A stretch of DNA of 64,000 nucleotides, from the NCBI RefSeq assembly GCF_009914755.1, contig NC_060926.1. One strand, written 5' to 3'. This DNA is from the human T2T-CHM13v2.0 reference genome, Homo sapiens. The position numbers and the translations under genes are program-made. The stretch's first letter is position 1. Every line of letters starts with the position of its first letter. The notes under the pieces are model-generated. The model had not been told where the DNA came from. It was given only the letters and a program-made list of their open reading frames with translations, and made no database searches. This document shows positions 28,459 to 43,596 of this stretch, in pieces.

Positions 28459-28762
28459 TTTTTTCTTTTTTTTTTTTTTTTTTTTTTGAGGCAGGAGTCT
28501 TGCTCTGTCACCCAGGCTGGAGTGCAAAGGCGCGATCTCAGCTCACTGAAACCTCCACTGCCCAGGTTCAAGCAATTCTCCTGCCTCCACCTCCAGATTA
28601 CAGGTGCCCACCACACCATGCCCTGCTAATTTTTGTATTTTTTGTAGAGATGGGGTTTCAGCAGGTTGGCCACAGTGGTCTCAAATTCCCAACCTCAAGT
28701 GATCAGCCTGCCTCAGCCGCCCAAAGTGCTAGGATTACAGGCTTGAGCCACCGCGCCCGGCC
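28459..28762 (-). mobile_element. AluS
   Basis: Reverse Alu with poly(T); no TSD visible. Confidence 0.92.
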
Positions 28763-28829
28763 AAGACCCTGTAGAGTTCTAATCTTTGCTACAGACTCTC
28801 AACAGATGGTTCAACAAGTTTTACAGGAA

Positions 28830-29562
<733 letters not shown>

Positions 29563-29659
29563 AGCAATTCGTTAGTGCCTATTAAAGCATTCCTTATGAG
29601 CCTGCAATACCATGTCTATCAAGGAAATATTAACATGAATGGAAAAAAAGATGGATGTG

Positions 29660-30298
29660 GTACATGTTGCTGCTTGCTTAACCTACATCCATTCCTCTAC
29701 ACTCATCCCCTTCTTAACCTGAAATTCTCAATTAAGATTTCATCCTCTTCCATTCAACCAGGGTAATTCTGGAAACTAACCCTACTCTCAGCACCCTGCT
29801 AAGTACAAAGGTAATCCCAACTCCTTACCATACTCATTGGTTCTGAGACCCAAGTCTCAGCCAATTAGCAACTGAAATTCCCTTGATAACAGGAACTGAT
29901 TTAGGAATTAGCATGTGACTTAATCTAGGCCAACCGAGTAAAATAGTGTTGCTAATGAACAACTGGAAGAGAAGCTTTGTTGCTCTTAAAGGAAAGCCAA
30001 CAGAAAAGCTGTTGAACAACAGAAAAGCTCTTCTTGAGGTTGCAGCTACGAGACCTGGAAATGTTACAGCCATTCTCCTACCACATGGAAAGCCAGCCTA
30101 AGAACAAAGACAGAGAAATACACAGCCAGAGAGAGAGAGAGAGAGAGAGAGAGATTAAGTTGGACCCACTGGATCAAACCAACATAGATCACATCTTCCT
30201 GTATGAAACAATGACCCAATCATTTCCTTTTTTGATTAAAAGAGTCGAGTTGGGTTTTCTTATATTGTTTTACTGGCAAAAGCATTATACCTAATTAC
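29660..30298 (+). mobile_element. Old ERVL/MaLR LTR (LTR16/LTR33/MLT1K-like)
   Basis: agcatgtgacttaatctaggccaa, cactggatcaaacc and gagttgggttttc. Confidence 0.55.
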
Positions 30299-30454
30299 AA
30301 AAATAAAGATTGTTCATGGCAGCATTTCCCATGGATTGTCCATCCATTAAAAAAAAGGAAAAAGAGAAAAAAATTTGAGACATTCATAGACAGGATAACA
30401 TATGAGTAACTTATAATACAGTAGAAAATTAAGTGTATTTTAAAAAGAATGAGG

Positions 30455-31220
30455 AGGAGGGAGAACAGGATGGCAGATAAAAGGCAGCCAGGAAACACCA
30501 CTACCAAGAAGACAGACCAAAGTATGGAATAAACCACCATAATTTGGGCAGATCTTTGAAGAGAAAACATCAAGAATAGTGAGAGAGTCAGCACCAAAGT
30601 CGAGATTGAAGAGGGGGAAATCTGGAAGCCCTGAATGATACCTGAATACCTCTAATGGCTCCTATGAAAAGGGTAAGTGAGGGAACTGAGGGACAGCTCA
30701 CTCTCACAACAGACTTCTGGGATCCTAGCAACAGGAGACTCTGCATCCCTGATTGATGTGTGAGCTAGCAGGGGGATCTCCCCAGGGAGCAGGCAGAGAC
30801 AGGCTTTCAGATGACACAGAGCCTGGGAGCTTCTGTGTGCTGGGCAGCTCTGGTGGAGAGTGGCCATAGATACCCATCCCCTAGGACTTCCCATATCCCT
30901 CTGGCAGGCACTGCCCCAACTGACCTCTGATGAAGAACAGAGAAAGGACGGCTTCCCCGCAGGACTGGGGTGCATCCATTCTGCAAGTCCTCCTGCTCAC
31001 TAACCCAAGCCAGACTGAGGTGCATCTATTCCTCCCAGTCCTTCGAGGAAGCTGGCCTCACTATCTTCTGGGTCAGAGGTCAGTGCCTCCCAAAGGGATA
31101 TGGGCAGCCTCTGCAGCCCAGGCTGAGTGTGTTGCTATGTCTAAGTAATTTCCCAGTGACCCAGGAGCCACAACAGATCCTCCAGCCCAGCTGGAACCCG
31201 ACTTCAAGCCACAGGATGCA
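30455..31220 (+). mobile_element. L1P (old primate) 5' UTR
   Basis: GC-richer block starting ggagggagaacaggatggcaga, containing gggtaagtgag and cttctgggatcctagc. Confidence 0.65.
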
Positions 31221-31224
31221 GTGG

Positions 31225-31400
31225 GGATGTTGTGGGTGGTGGGGGGCAGGGAAGAGCATCAGGAAGAATGGCTAATAGATGCTGGGCTTAATACCTAGGT
31301 GATGGGATGATCTATGCAGCAAACCACCATGCACACATTTACCTATGTAACAAACCTGCACATCCTGCACTTGTAACCCTGAACTTAAAATAAAAATAAA
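31225..31400 (+). mobile_element. L1PA (about PA13-16) 3' terminus with poly(A)
   Basis: gagcatcaggaagaatggctaatagatgctgggcttaatacctaggtgatggg...gaacttaaaataaaa. Confidence 0.85.
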
Positions 31401-31473
31401 AGAAATTTAAATAAGAAATTTAAATAAAAGAAATTTAAATAATTTTAAATTTAAATTTTAAATTTAAATTTAA

Positions 31474-32582
31474 AAGACCTCAAACTATTAAAATGCTACA
31501 AGAAAACCTAGTTAATACCTTGCTCAATATCCGCCTTGGCAAAGAATTTTTGGCAAAGTCCACAAAAGCAATTACAACAAAAAATATAAATTGAAAACCG
31601 GAAGCAAGTTAAACTAAAGAGCTTCCATACAGCAAAAGAAACTATCAACAAAATAAACAGAAAACCTACAGAATGGAAGAAAATATTCATAAACTATGCA
31701 TTTGACAAATGTCTAAAATCCAGAATCTATAAGGAACTCAAATCAACAAGCAAAAGACAAATAACCCGATTAAAAATGGGTGAAGGATATGAACAGACAC
31801 TTCTCAAAAGAAGAAATATAAGCAACCAACAAAAATATGAAAAAAATGCTCATCATCACTGATCATCCGAGAAACGCAAATCAAAACCACAATGAGATAC
31901 CATCTTATACCAGTCAGAATGGCTATTATTTAAAAGTCAAGAAGCAACAGATATGGCAAAGCTATGGAGAAAAGGGAACGCTTATACACTGTTGGTGGAT
32001 ATGTAAATTAGTTGAGCCACTGTGAAAAGCGGTTTGGGGTTCTCAAATAACTTAAAGTAGAGTTACCACTGGACACATCAATTCCATTACTGGGTATATG
32101 CCCAAAGAAAAATATTTTGATCACTATGCCAAAAGACACATGCACCCATTATGTTCATCCCAGCACTATTCACAATAGTAAGGACATGGAATCAATCTAA
32201 GTGCCCATCACTTGTGGACTGGATAAAGAAAATGTGGTATATATATATCATGGAATACTATGAAGCCATAAAAAAGAATGAAATTACTACCTTTACAGCA
32301 ACATGGATGGAGCTGGAGGCCATAATCCTAAGCAAACTGATGCAGGAACAGAAAACCAAATACTGCATGTTCTAACTCATAAGTGGTAGCCAAACACTGA
32401 GCATATATGGACATAAACATGGGAAAAATAAACACTGTGGACTACTATGGGGGAAATTAGGGAGGGGGATGTGGGTTGAAAACCTACCTATTGGGTACTA
32501 TGCTCACTACCTGGGTAAAATATACCTATGTAACAAATCTATACGTATCCCCTGTATCTAAAATAAAAGTTGAAATTTGAAA
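31474..32582 (+). mobile_element. L1PA16/L1PB-type ORF2 3' part and 3' UTR
   Basis: ORF2 C-terminal peptide MFIPALFTIVRTWNQSKCPS and 3' UTR acctattgggtactatgctcactacctggg. Confidence 0.9.
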
Positions 32583-33269
32583 GGAAATATATATATTTTT
32601 TCCTTTTATAAAAAGGAGGACAGATGAGGTAGCTGGACAACCAAATGTTTACACTTCAAAATGAAACCAATTTAGAATTCTTTGTCTCACATGTACATTA
32701 ATACAGATGAATCAGATACATATAGAATAATCAATAAAATCATGTATGATGATATTACTGAAATTTAACCCCATCTCATCAAAGGAAGAGCTTGGCATCC
32801 TGGAAAAGCATTGTCGGATATTTTAATGTGGACCAATAAACACTAGGAAAGACAACTTCTTCAGCATACTTCAAAAAAATGAGGTATTACTTGTCAATTA
32901 AAACTAAATTTTTAATTAAGATGTTTATACATTAACTTAAAAAGATGTCCATGCCACAATAAGTGAGGAAAGAAATAACTTTCATTTTTAAAAAAAGAAA
33001 GAAAAAAATTATATTGGTATAGAAAAAAGTTTATAAGAATATATGTTAAATCATTACAATGACTACCTGTAATATTATAGGATTAGAATGGGAAAAGATT
33101 ATTTTCATATTACACACATGAAGTTTATATAAGTTTATATCTTATAAATAACATTTTAAAAAACTGATGAAGTACAAAAAAAAAAAACTCTTCTCAGCCC
33201 CACCCCAGATCAACTTAATTAGAATCTGCACACAGTAAGATCCACAAATGTTTTAAAAGCTACTCAAAA

Positions 33270-34110
<841 letters not shown>

Positions 34111-35082
34111 TAAAAAAATCCATTAAAAAAATTATCCTGAGTATTCTCCTCTTCTCAGTCTACAGTGGGGTGTTCTCTTCCAAGGTCATATCTTCATCTA
34201 TCATATATGCACCCTATAGATTTACATATCTATACCTCTAACCTAGAACTCTTTTAGAGGGCTAGAGATACATTGGCAAAATCAGAATTGACACTTGTTC
34301 AAACAGATATACTTTAAGTATTTGCTCAACATTTATTTAGACACCAGGGTAAATGCTATATGAGTAAGTACAGAAAAGGACAACAGAAATAGAGCTTAGC
34401 ATCTTCTCTATTACCTCTATTGAGTTTAGGCCCCAAACTGAAAAACAGAATACAGAAACAATGCCCTTCAACTAACCAATTCTAACTTCCTTAGAGAAAA
34501 CTGCCAAAGTAATCTATTATTTTAACATTCCCTTTATTATTAGTCACTACCCCCCAACTCCACAGATTTATTCAAGTATATCTGCTCCCATAATGTTTCA
34601 GTGCCCTGTCAATGACCCAGCTGACCAGCACCTTAATTAGACTCAACCACTGAGTTATTCATCTGTTCCATAACCTCAGATTAAATATCTCCTATTCAAA
34701 AGGTTCAAAAAGTTTTACTCTTACAGCCTCCACATCCCCATACTGCCAAAAAGCAACACAACTTTGAAAGTAAGTACTTCTATTCCTATTCTTGCTGTAA
34801 CCTTCCCATAAACTCCTTCTATGATAAATGCACAATCCTGCTAGCCAACTCCAGACAGGCACCTAGAAGTCAACTTTGATACTGTACCTGCAGTTCGTAG
34901 CAGTACACATAATGAGTGAGCTACCTCTGGTTATACTTCTATAGCAGATAACAAAAAACTAAATGCCGAAAGACAATTAATCTATTTACTGTTTTTAGTC
35001 CTCTGAAATGAAGCTAAAATAAAGGATGAAGATATGAAGAGCAACTCTATATTTTCTCCCCTCAGATCAAAATCAGATCATC

Positions 35083-35341
35083 TTTTTTTTTTCCTTTTTT
35101 GAGACAGGGTCTTGCCCTGTCACCCAGGATGGAATGCAGTGGCACACACTCCTGGGCTCAAGTGATCCGCCCATCAACTAGCATGCACCACCATCCCTGC
35201 CTAATTTTCTTTTTTATTTTTTGTAGAGACAGGGGTTTTGCTATATTGCCCAGGCTGGTCTCAAACCCCTGGCATCAAGGTATCCTCCTTCCTGGGCCTC
35301 CCAAAGTGTTGGGATTATAAGCGTGAGCCACTGCACCTGGC
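35083..35341 (-). mobile_element. AluJ with internal deletions
   Basis: Reverse Alu missing parts of the right arm. Confidence 0.88.
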
Positions 35342-35402
35342 ATAAGTGCTTCTAAAATAAAATACAATGATCTTACTTATAAAAATAAGATGCTCTGATT
35401 TT

Positions 35403-35720
35403 GACCGGGTGCAGTGTCTCACTCCTGTAATCCTGCCAATTTGGGAGGCCAAGACAAGAGGATCATTTGAGACCAGGAATTCAAGATCACCCTGGGCAAC
35501 AACATAGCAAGATCACCACTACAAAAGAATTTTTAAAAATTTAGCCAGGCATAGTGGCACATATCTATAGTACTAGCTACTCAGGAGACTGAGGCAGAAA
35601 AATCACTTGAGCCCACAACTTCAAAGCTGCAGTGAGCTATGATTGCACCACTGCACTCCAGCGTAGATGACAGAGCAAGACCCTGTTTCTTAAAAACGAT
35701 AACAACAACAACAACAAAAA
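35403..35720 (+). mobile_element. AluJ with (AAC)n tail
   Basis: Alu dimer with aagctgcagtgagctatgattg. Confidence 0.9.
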
Positions 35721-35910
35721 GCATTTATATAGTACCTACCACTAGCCAGGTACCATTCTAAGTAGATTACACATGTTATCTTATTTAATTTTTATATCAA
35801 ACCTATAAAAGAAGAAACAGACACCAGTAGGTTAGGTGTTACAAGGTCACATAAATTTCAAGTAACAAAGTTCAGATTTGAAATGGACTGTCTGCCTATA
35901 GAGTCCACAC
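35721..35910 (-). mobile_element. MIR
   Basis: catttatatagtacctacc...ccaggtaccattctaag...caaggtcaca. Confidence 0.6.
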
Positions 35911-36000
35911 AGCATTTTATACTCTTCTACCTCCTAATCAATGATAACAGCCTAGCAACCTGTCTTTCCAAACCTTTATTTATGCAAGAACATATAGAAG

Positions 36001-36160
36001 TTTTTTTTTTGGGGGGGGGTGGGTTGTTTTGTTTTGTTTTTTGTTTGCAGAGGCAGAATCTCGCTATATTGTTCAGGCTGGTCTCCTAGCGTCAGGTAAT
36101 CCTCCCACATCAGCCTCCCAAACTGCTGGGATTACAGGCATGAGCCACCACACCTAGCCT
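36001..36160 (-). mobile_element. FLAM / Alu monomer
   Basis: Single reverse Alu left arm. Confidence 0.85.
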
Positions 36161-38732
36161 AGAGAGTTTAAAATACATATATATATGAATATATATGTAT
36201 ATGTGTATATATATACCTAAAAATATATATATATACCTAAAAAAGACTTTCAGTACTGTTTAACATTTATTCATTTATCAAATTCTAAATGAAACTGAAA
36301 TAGTCTTTTCATATTTGCCTATAATTACATAGTTAAACACATGTCCAGAACCCTCAAAACAGCTCTGCTACTTTCACTGCTTACTGTTCTCTCTCACACA
36401 AAATTCATTGCCAGACTCTGGAGAGGGATTGGCCCCCTTTCCTGTCCATAAAGAGGACAAGGAAACGTCAGTTTCTAGTTTCCCCTATTGTCCTCATTCC
36501 AGCAGATAATGAGAAACTCACAAGTAACACATCTGGAAAGAGAACTTTTTCCTCCCAAATTTGCTAGCATATGCCAAGAAAGGCTCCAGGCCATACCAAT
36601 TACCTCCAAATTCCTACACTTTTGTCCAAGATCCCAAATGTAATGTATTCTCTTGAGACTGCTGGTCTTTTACTGAATTGTATAAATATCAGAGGATATT
36701 CCTATTTTCCTTCTAGTGCTACAAGACCACCACAGCGGATTATTACAAACCTATGTTCAGGAATATCCTCACCTCCAATTCACATGTGGTCATCATTTAC
36801 ACTAAACAATGGTTTTCAACTGAATTTACTGTGGTTTTTTACAAAACTATTACTTTTACATGGTTTCAAAGAGACTAAACTTATATGTTCTGGCTATCCT
36901 TCGAAGTTCCTACTAATCTATTCCTTCCTTTTGAATTTACCCTCATTCAGAATTTAACAGCAGCCCTTCCTTTTCCACATCAGGACTATATATATAAGTC
37001 AAGCAATCTAAAGCTATGTTTTTCCCAATCTCCCAGAAACCTCACCAAACCCAGAAAAATAATAAAAAATTTTCAAAACTTATTTTTTCACATAAAGAAT
37101 ATGAAAAAGTGAAATAAAGATAATCCTCAATTCATTCTTGTAGATGAACTCACATTCAACAATAGAAGTGAAAGGCTCTTTCAGCATTCATCTAGCTGTA
37201 TTTAATCAAGAAGAGAAAAAACACTGTCTAACAAGATTTCAGCAACTCCTAATTGTATTTGGAGTTCATCTGAAAATAATAAATAGCTGGCATAATAGAT
37301 CTCAAATCTAAATTAAGAAATATTTTATGATTTAGCCTCATCCAAAGATGTTAGGTTCTAATTTTTAGAGGTATCTTCTCTAGATTTAAATGGGTTATCA
37401 GACAAGATGATTTTGGAGTCCTTTCAAACTGTGAGATGCTATGAATTCTCTTATTTAGCTTTCCTTGACCATTCCATCAACAGTAGCCGCTCCCTTTTCT
37501 GATCACCTTCACTAGGAACTGCCTAGGATGTTTGTGTTTATTTGCTATTTATATACCATCATGTTAGTTTCTATGTGTAATAGTTTTGTCTTCTCAAGTA
37601 GATAATAACGACAAAGACAAAATTATGACCTTTTAACACTTTTTGGTATCTAACTGGCATAATTTCTACATACCATTAAACACTGCCAAGTATGAGAAGG
37701 AAGAGCGTTTTCCCTCCCCACTATGCCAGAATCTACTTAAATGGGAGAAAACCCCTTTTTTGTTTTTATATTGTTTTTTAATATATTTGTTAGCCACCTA
37801 ATATATATTCAGTCTTATGCTGTGGGCTAAAGATTGATCCCTGCTGCACAATGATTTTAATTAAGAGGATTCTGGTCTATGCCTTATTAGACAGATAATA
37901 GTATTCAGAAGAAACTTTAATTTCTTTTTAATGAGCCTAAATGAGTATTCTATTGCAGAGGGTGGGTGGGTTGAAGATTTATGGAGGAAGACAATGTATC
38001 AGATAAATAACATATGTTTTGTAGTTAGGGAAGGAGAAGTCAATTTCTGAGCTGTTATGAAGATAGAGGATGGAGGGCAGAATTCCTACACAGACTTTTA
38101 GTAAGCAAAATGAAAAATCAGTGTCTTGTTTTTCTTTAGCTGTTCTGACTGCTATTCTGCATGCAAAATTTTTCCTCTCTTCATCTCTGCTTCTCAGATT
38201 ACTGAAAGTCAAACCAAATTCCTTCTCTAGTTGAGTCTAAGACTTTGCAAATGTACATATTAAAAACACTCTGCATTTCAACAGTGTTCCCTTTACTGGT
38301 GCCACATCAGAGACCATTGCCTGACTGTACAATGAATTGCCGATAATACAGCAGAATCTTTGTAATTTGACAAACTATGCTGCACAGATTCTTATGCAAC
38401 CAGTATTCCATCCATATAAATCATTCCTGTGATAGGTAAGTTTTTTGGATACAGTTAGTTTCAAGTAAAAAGTATTATATTTTTATATTCAAAGAAAAAA
38501 TCAATAAAGTTAATAATAAAAGTTCTTACATGAGTTGGTAATGAAGAGTGTTATCAGTTTCCATGCATAATTTGGCCACCTTGGATGTATTCACTTTATG
38601 GAGCCCTAGCAGAAGGCTATTTTTTTTCCATGCAATCTCTCTTTTTGGAGAGAAGATGATCTGTGTGTCCCTGGTGCATTAGGTCAAGGTTAGGAAATTA
38701 ACTCGCAAGAAATTCCTCTATTTCTCATTTTT

Positions 38733-38836
38733 AGTTATGTTGCCCAGGCAGGACTCAAACTCCTGGGCTCAAACAATCCTCTCACCTCACCCTGCCAGGT
38801 AGCTGGAACTATAAACATGCACCACTGCACACAGCT
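38733..38836 (-). mobile_element. Alu monomer fragment
   Basis: ttatgttgcccaggcaggactcaaactcctgggctcaa. Confidence 0.8.
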
Positions 38837-39069
38837 CCCATTTTTGTTGTGTTATTTTTGTGATGTATGAATTTTTGTGAATACATTTGTTGTTCTTACT
38901 TTTATAGGGGTAGGATTTAGAAGCCATTTGAAGTGGAGAAATCACTTTTTAAATGCAGTTTTAAGCAAACATGGAATTTCCAAATTTTAAACAGTATTTT
39001 ATAAAATAATATTTTATAAGAAGTTTTTATAGAGATGCTTTTGGAGAAAATGATTTTGTAGAAAATTAT

Positions 39070-39372
39070 TATTGTTATTATTTTTTGAGACAGGATCTTG
39101 CTCTGTCCCCCAGGCTGGAGTACAGAAGCACAATCATAGCTCACTACTGCCTCAAACTCCTGGGCTCAACAATCCTCCCACCTCAGCCTCCCAAGTAGCT
39201 AGGACAACAGGCATGCACCACCACTGCTGCCTAATTTTTTCTTTTAATTTTTTGTAGAGACAGAGTCTCACTGTGTTGCTCATACTGGTCTCGAACTCCT
39301 GGGCTCAAGTGATCCTCCTGTCTCAACCTCCCAAATCACTGGGATTACAGGTGTGAGCTCCCATGCCTGGCC
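39070..39372 (-). mobile_element. AluJ
   Basis: Reverse Alu with TSD tagaaaattatt. Confidence 0.92.
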
Positions 39373-39424
39373 CTAGAAAATTATTTTTAAATTAATCTTC
39401 AATGTATTGAGTCTTATAGGATTA

Positions 39425-39798
39425 TATAACATAACAGTTAAAGGCTGTTTGTGACCCCTAAAATTCATATGTTGAAATCCTAACCCACAATATGATGGTA
39501 TTAGGAGGTGGAGTCTGTGGCAGCGATGAGGTTTAGGAGGGTGGAGCTTTCATGAATAGGATTAATGCCTTTATAAAAGAAACCCCAGAGACCTCTCTCT
39601 CTGTCTTTCAGCCACATGAGGATATGAGAAGATGGTAGTCTGCAACCCAGAAGAGGGCCCTCACCAGAACCCAACCATGCTGGCACTCTGATCTTGGACT
39701 TTAAGCCTCCAGAACTGTGAGCAATACATTTCTGTTGTTTATAAGCCATTGAGACTACATACAGTACGTTGTTACAAGAGCCAGAAATGACTAAGGCA
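39425..39798 (+). mobile_element. MLT1A-type solo LTR
   Basis: aaattcatatgttgaaatcctaaccc...gggccctcaccagaacccaaccatgctggcac...gactaaggca. Confidence 0.88.
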
Positions 39799-42104
39799 GA
39801 AATGTATATAAAGTACATATATATACTTAAGGCACTCAAAAATCTAATCCCTTTACTTTCTGCCTGTGCCCTAATCTTTCTCCAATGGCAAAGCTTCCTC
39901 TATCCATGTAATATAATATTACCCTCTTGGTGTCAAAACAATACAAGTCTAATCAATTTTCCATGTTTAACCCTTTTAAAATATGAAGCCATTTTGATGG
40001 CCACAAAAGTTTTCTGTGTTCTAGGTTAAAAACATCTTTAGTCCTTCATATGCAGTAGTATCTTGTTAGAATGCTATTCTATTTTCTGTCCCCAAAGATA
40101 TTCTGCTTCACTTATATTCCCTTGAACTGTGACACACAAAGCTAAATATAACATTCCAGATGTATTCCAAACAGAACAGAACAGGCCTATCACCTCGCTC
40201 ATCCAGAAACTAGAGCAGTACTATTCATACAGCCTTGGCTTTTTTGAATAACCACATTGCAGTGCCTCCTCCACCTCCCCACATGCACTGCTTGTAAACT
40301 GTTCCAACCTCTACTTACAATTAGTTATTTAAGATATAAGAATAGAAATTTCACAATAACTCAAGATAAAATTTAATTCTATTAGATGAAGCCAGATTCA
40401 AAATTCTGTAAAGATCCCTCAGAATCTTGTTTCTGTTATTTATCATATTCATTTGCTATGAATGGAAATATAGTGAGCATACTCTTTAACATTTTGATTC
40501 TGATGGAAAAGCCAGTATTCAGCACAAAGGACCCTACCACACAATAGCAGCAATCTTCTGTTCTCACAGACTCATCTATCATTGTGCCTTATAATCAACC
40601 AGTTGTCTGTTGATCGGTCTTTTTATTCAATTCCTATTTCTTCACCTTGTATAAATACACTGACTAGGATGGCAATGATGTATAAAACAATGTTAAAAAT
40701 GAAGAATAGTTACAAGAAGTGAATTACCTTCCAATTTGTAAATGCACCATCCACTTTTGCCTTCAGGCTTTGTAAACTCTGTCTTCTACCCACAACATGC
40801 CATCCCCAGAGCCCTGACCTTCATCAAACTCCTTTCTCTCAGCTAATACACCACTTTTTATAGGAAACCTTTGATCACTCAAACCTGGGTTAGATATTCC
40901 TCTTCTGAGATTCAGAAATACATTATGCTTTCTCTATTATAATACTCATTATTATAATTTCTTCTTGTCCTTAATACTCAACAAATTGCAAGCCTTAGGC
41001 AGCTTGCCATGAGTAGCATTATATAGGCCAAGCCTCAAGCAGCCAACCAATCCAGAGGTAAACATTCAGGACTGGAGCAAAAGGTTTGGTTACCCACCAT
41101 TTCATAAGCTTTGGGGACTAATTCCATCATGCCTCATATCCATTTACCTCAGTGACTGAAGCCTAACCCTCTAACATGCATCATCCTCTAGCCAGTCATC
41201 CCCACATGCTCTCTGGATCTCCTAAGTGTGAGATCACAAATGTGTGGTCTACCAATATTTAGAAATTAGGAGAATTCACACAAACATCCAGGTTGTCAAT
41301 ATCTCTTAAAAAAACAATTATGGTTTGGTAAGATCAGGCCTATACTGCCCATGGAAATAAACATCTAGAGATTAACAGTAACTAACTCCCCTTAGACCTG
41401 CATTATCCTCTCTACACTCATTCTCATACCTGTTAAATTCCCGGAGTTAACTGAATATGCAAAACCTGTCCTAATAAAACCATTTCTACCCATGATCATG
41501 ACTTCTTCTCCCATCTCTTCCACTAGGACCTCTGGAATCTCATTCTGAGATCATCAAACTTCTATATACCCTTCCACATGATACAATAAATATTTATTTT
41601 CATTCCAAAAAGAAAAAAAAACTTTCTACATTTTTAAAAACAATAATTCTGCCAAAAGTTAGGAAATACAGGGTGACTGCTAGGTCAAAATAAAACATAA
41701 AAGAACTCTTGAGCTAGTTAATTAAACAATTAAATAGTAGAAATATTAATAGCAATCCTAAATCATACTAACTGTATTTGTGCCATGGAAAAAAAATTTC
41801 TAAAGCCCAAGTGCCAATCTCAGGAGGAAGTAGCAATATGAGTAATCATGTAGTGACACGGTAGTCAACTCTAAAGGAGAAACATTGGCACTATATCAAA
41901 TCACCAAACTAAACTAAATAATCCCAAAGTGATGTCCCAACATAGCAAACTACATAACAGTGCATTCATCATGACTTTGCATTACCACCACTAATCAGAA
42001 CATCCTACAAAAAACAAAATAGTTATAGAAGAGAATAAATGACAATGTGTGAACAGGCAATTAGAGCACAGTTAACGCTCACTGATAGTTCTAAAGTATA
42101 GGAA

Positions 42105-42200
42105 TGTGTGTGTTTGTAGATGTATGCAGGTGTGCATATATATATATATGCATATGTGTATATATGTGTGTGTACATATATGTATATGTGTATATATACA
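42105..42200. repeat. (TG/TA)n microsatellite
   Basis: Alternating purine-pyrimidine tract. Confidence 0.85.
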
Positions 42201-42339
42201 TCACTGTTTATAAAATAATGTAACATTTAAATGAGTCAAAGATAAATTATCCATAATCCCATATCACTGTTAATATATAGGACCTCTATGGCTTTACTCT
42301 ATCACTCCATCCTACATATATATATGGAGTGATATAGTA

Positions 42340-42432
<93 letters not shown>
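42340..42432. repeat. Compound microsatellite (TG)n(TA)n(GA)n
   Basis: Directly visible; occupies the tail of the adjacent Alu. Confidence 0.95.
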
Positions 42433-42438
<6 letters not shown>

Positions 42439-42713
42439 AGGTCTTGCTCTGTCACCCAGGCTGGAGTACAATGGCACGATCACTGCTTACTGAAGCCTTG
42501 ACTTCCTGGGCTCCAGTGCTCCGCCTACCTCAGCCTTCCAAGTAGCTGGGACTACAGGCATGCACCACCATGCCTAGCTAATATATGTATTTTTGATAGA
42601 AATGGGGTTTCGCCATGTTGTCCAGGCTTTCTCGAACTCCTAAGCTCAAGCAATCCACCCGCCTTGGCCTCCCAAAATGCTGAGATTACAAGCATGAGCC
42701 ACCACGCCTGGCC
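42433..42713 (-). mobile_element. AluJ
   Basis: Reverse Alu with TSD-like cactccatcc / caccccatcc. Confidence 0.92.
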
Positions 42714-43596
42714 CACCCCATCCAATCATAACGCTTAGCTGACACCAAACCTGTAAAAGAAAATGCACAAACACATGTACTTTGCAGGGGTTACATATTC
42801 ATAACAGAATACAAGGATTATCAAATGCATGGTGATGCCAACATGAAAAGCAATTTAAAGTAAATTCCCAATGAATTAAAGAGTTATATAAAGAAGGAAA
42901 ACACATACAAACCATTTTTTAAAGTATCAAATATAAATATACAAATAGAAAATCAAAAAAGTCAGAAAGATGAATAGGTGATGCTACATGAAAATGGATA
43001 TAACTGATGATTTAAAAAGAAAAAAAAGCTAAGCACAACTTCCCAACAGAATAGAAGTATGAACATGGGAAATGAATACACAATTCACAAAGGAGGAATA
43101 GACCTAGTGGATAAACATGTGTTAAAACATTTAGACTTACTAATGATTAGAAATGCAAAATTTTAAAAACCTATGAAATTTTAAAAGACTGAAGAAAAGA
43201 ATAATATCTGTTGGCAAGAGTACAATGAAAGAAGCTCTCTGAAAGAATCAGTAAAAATGTAAATGTAAAATATCAATTTGGAAAACTCCTTTTTAATGTG
43301 TAGGAAGAACCTTAGATGTGTCTATATTCTTTAATCCAATAACTCCATCTCTCAGAATCTATCCTAAAGAAATTATCTTAAATATGGAAATGGTTATGGT
43401 TATATAGTTGGTATTTTAATATTTTTTAAAACCTGGAAATAATATAACATCCAGCATTTAGTAAAAATAATTTACTGATACATACCATAATGACTCTCTA
43501 GATAATAACAAACATTCAATAAAAGTAATGTTTGCATGGGATAGATAGCAACATGAAAAATACTTATAAGTAAGTCTCAAACACTAGCTTCTCTCA

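Noticed and set aside
27363-28527. Cluster of overlapping 60-146 aa ORFs
   Set aside because: They are translations of THE1 LTR/internal and Alu sequence, a well-known artefact.
36571-36957. 128-aa + strand ORF and a possible 69-nt - strand exon near 36604-36672
   Set aside because: No recognisable domain and a weak acceptor; compatible with chance.
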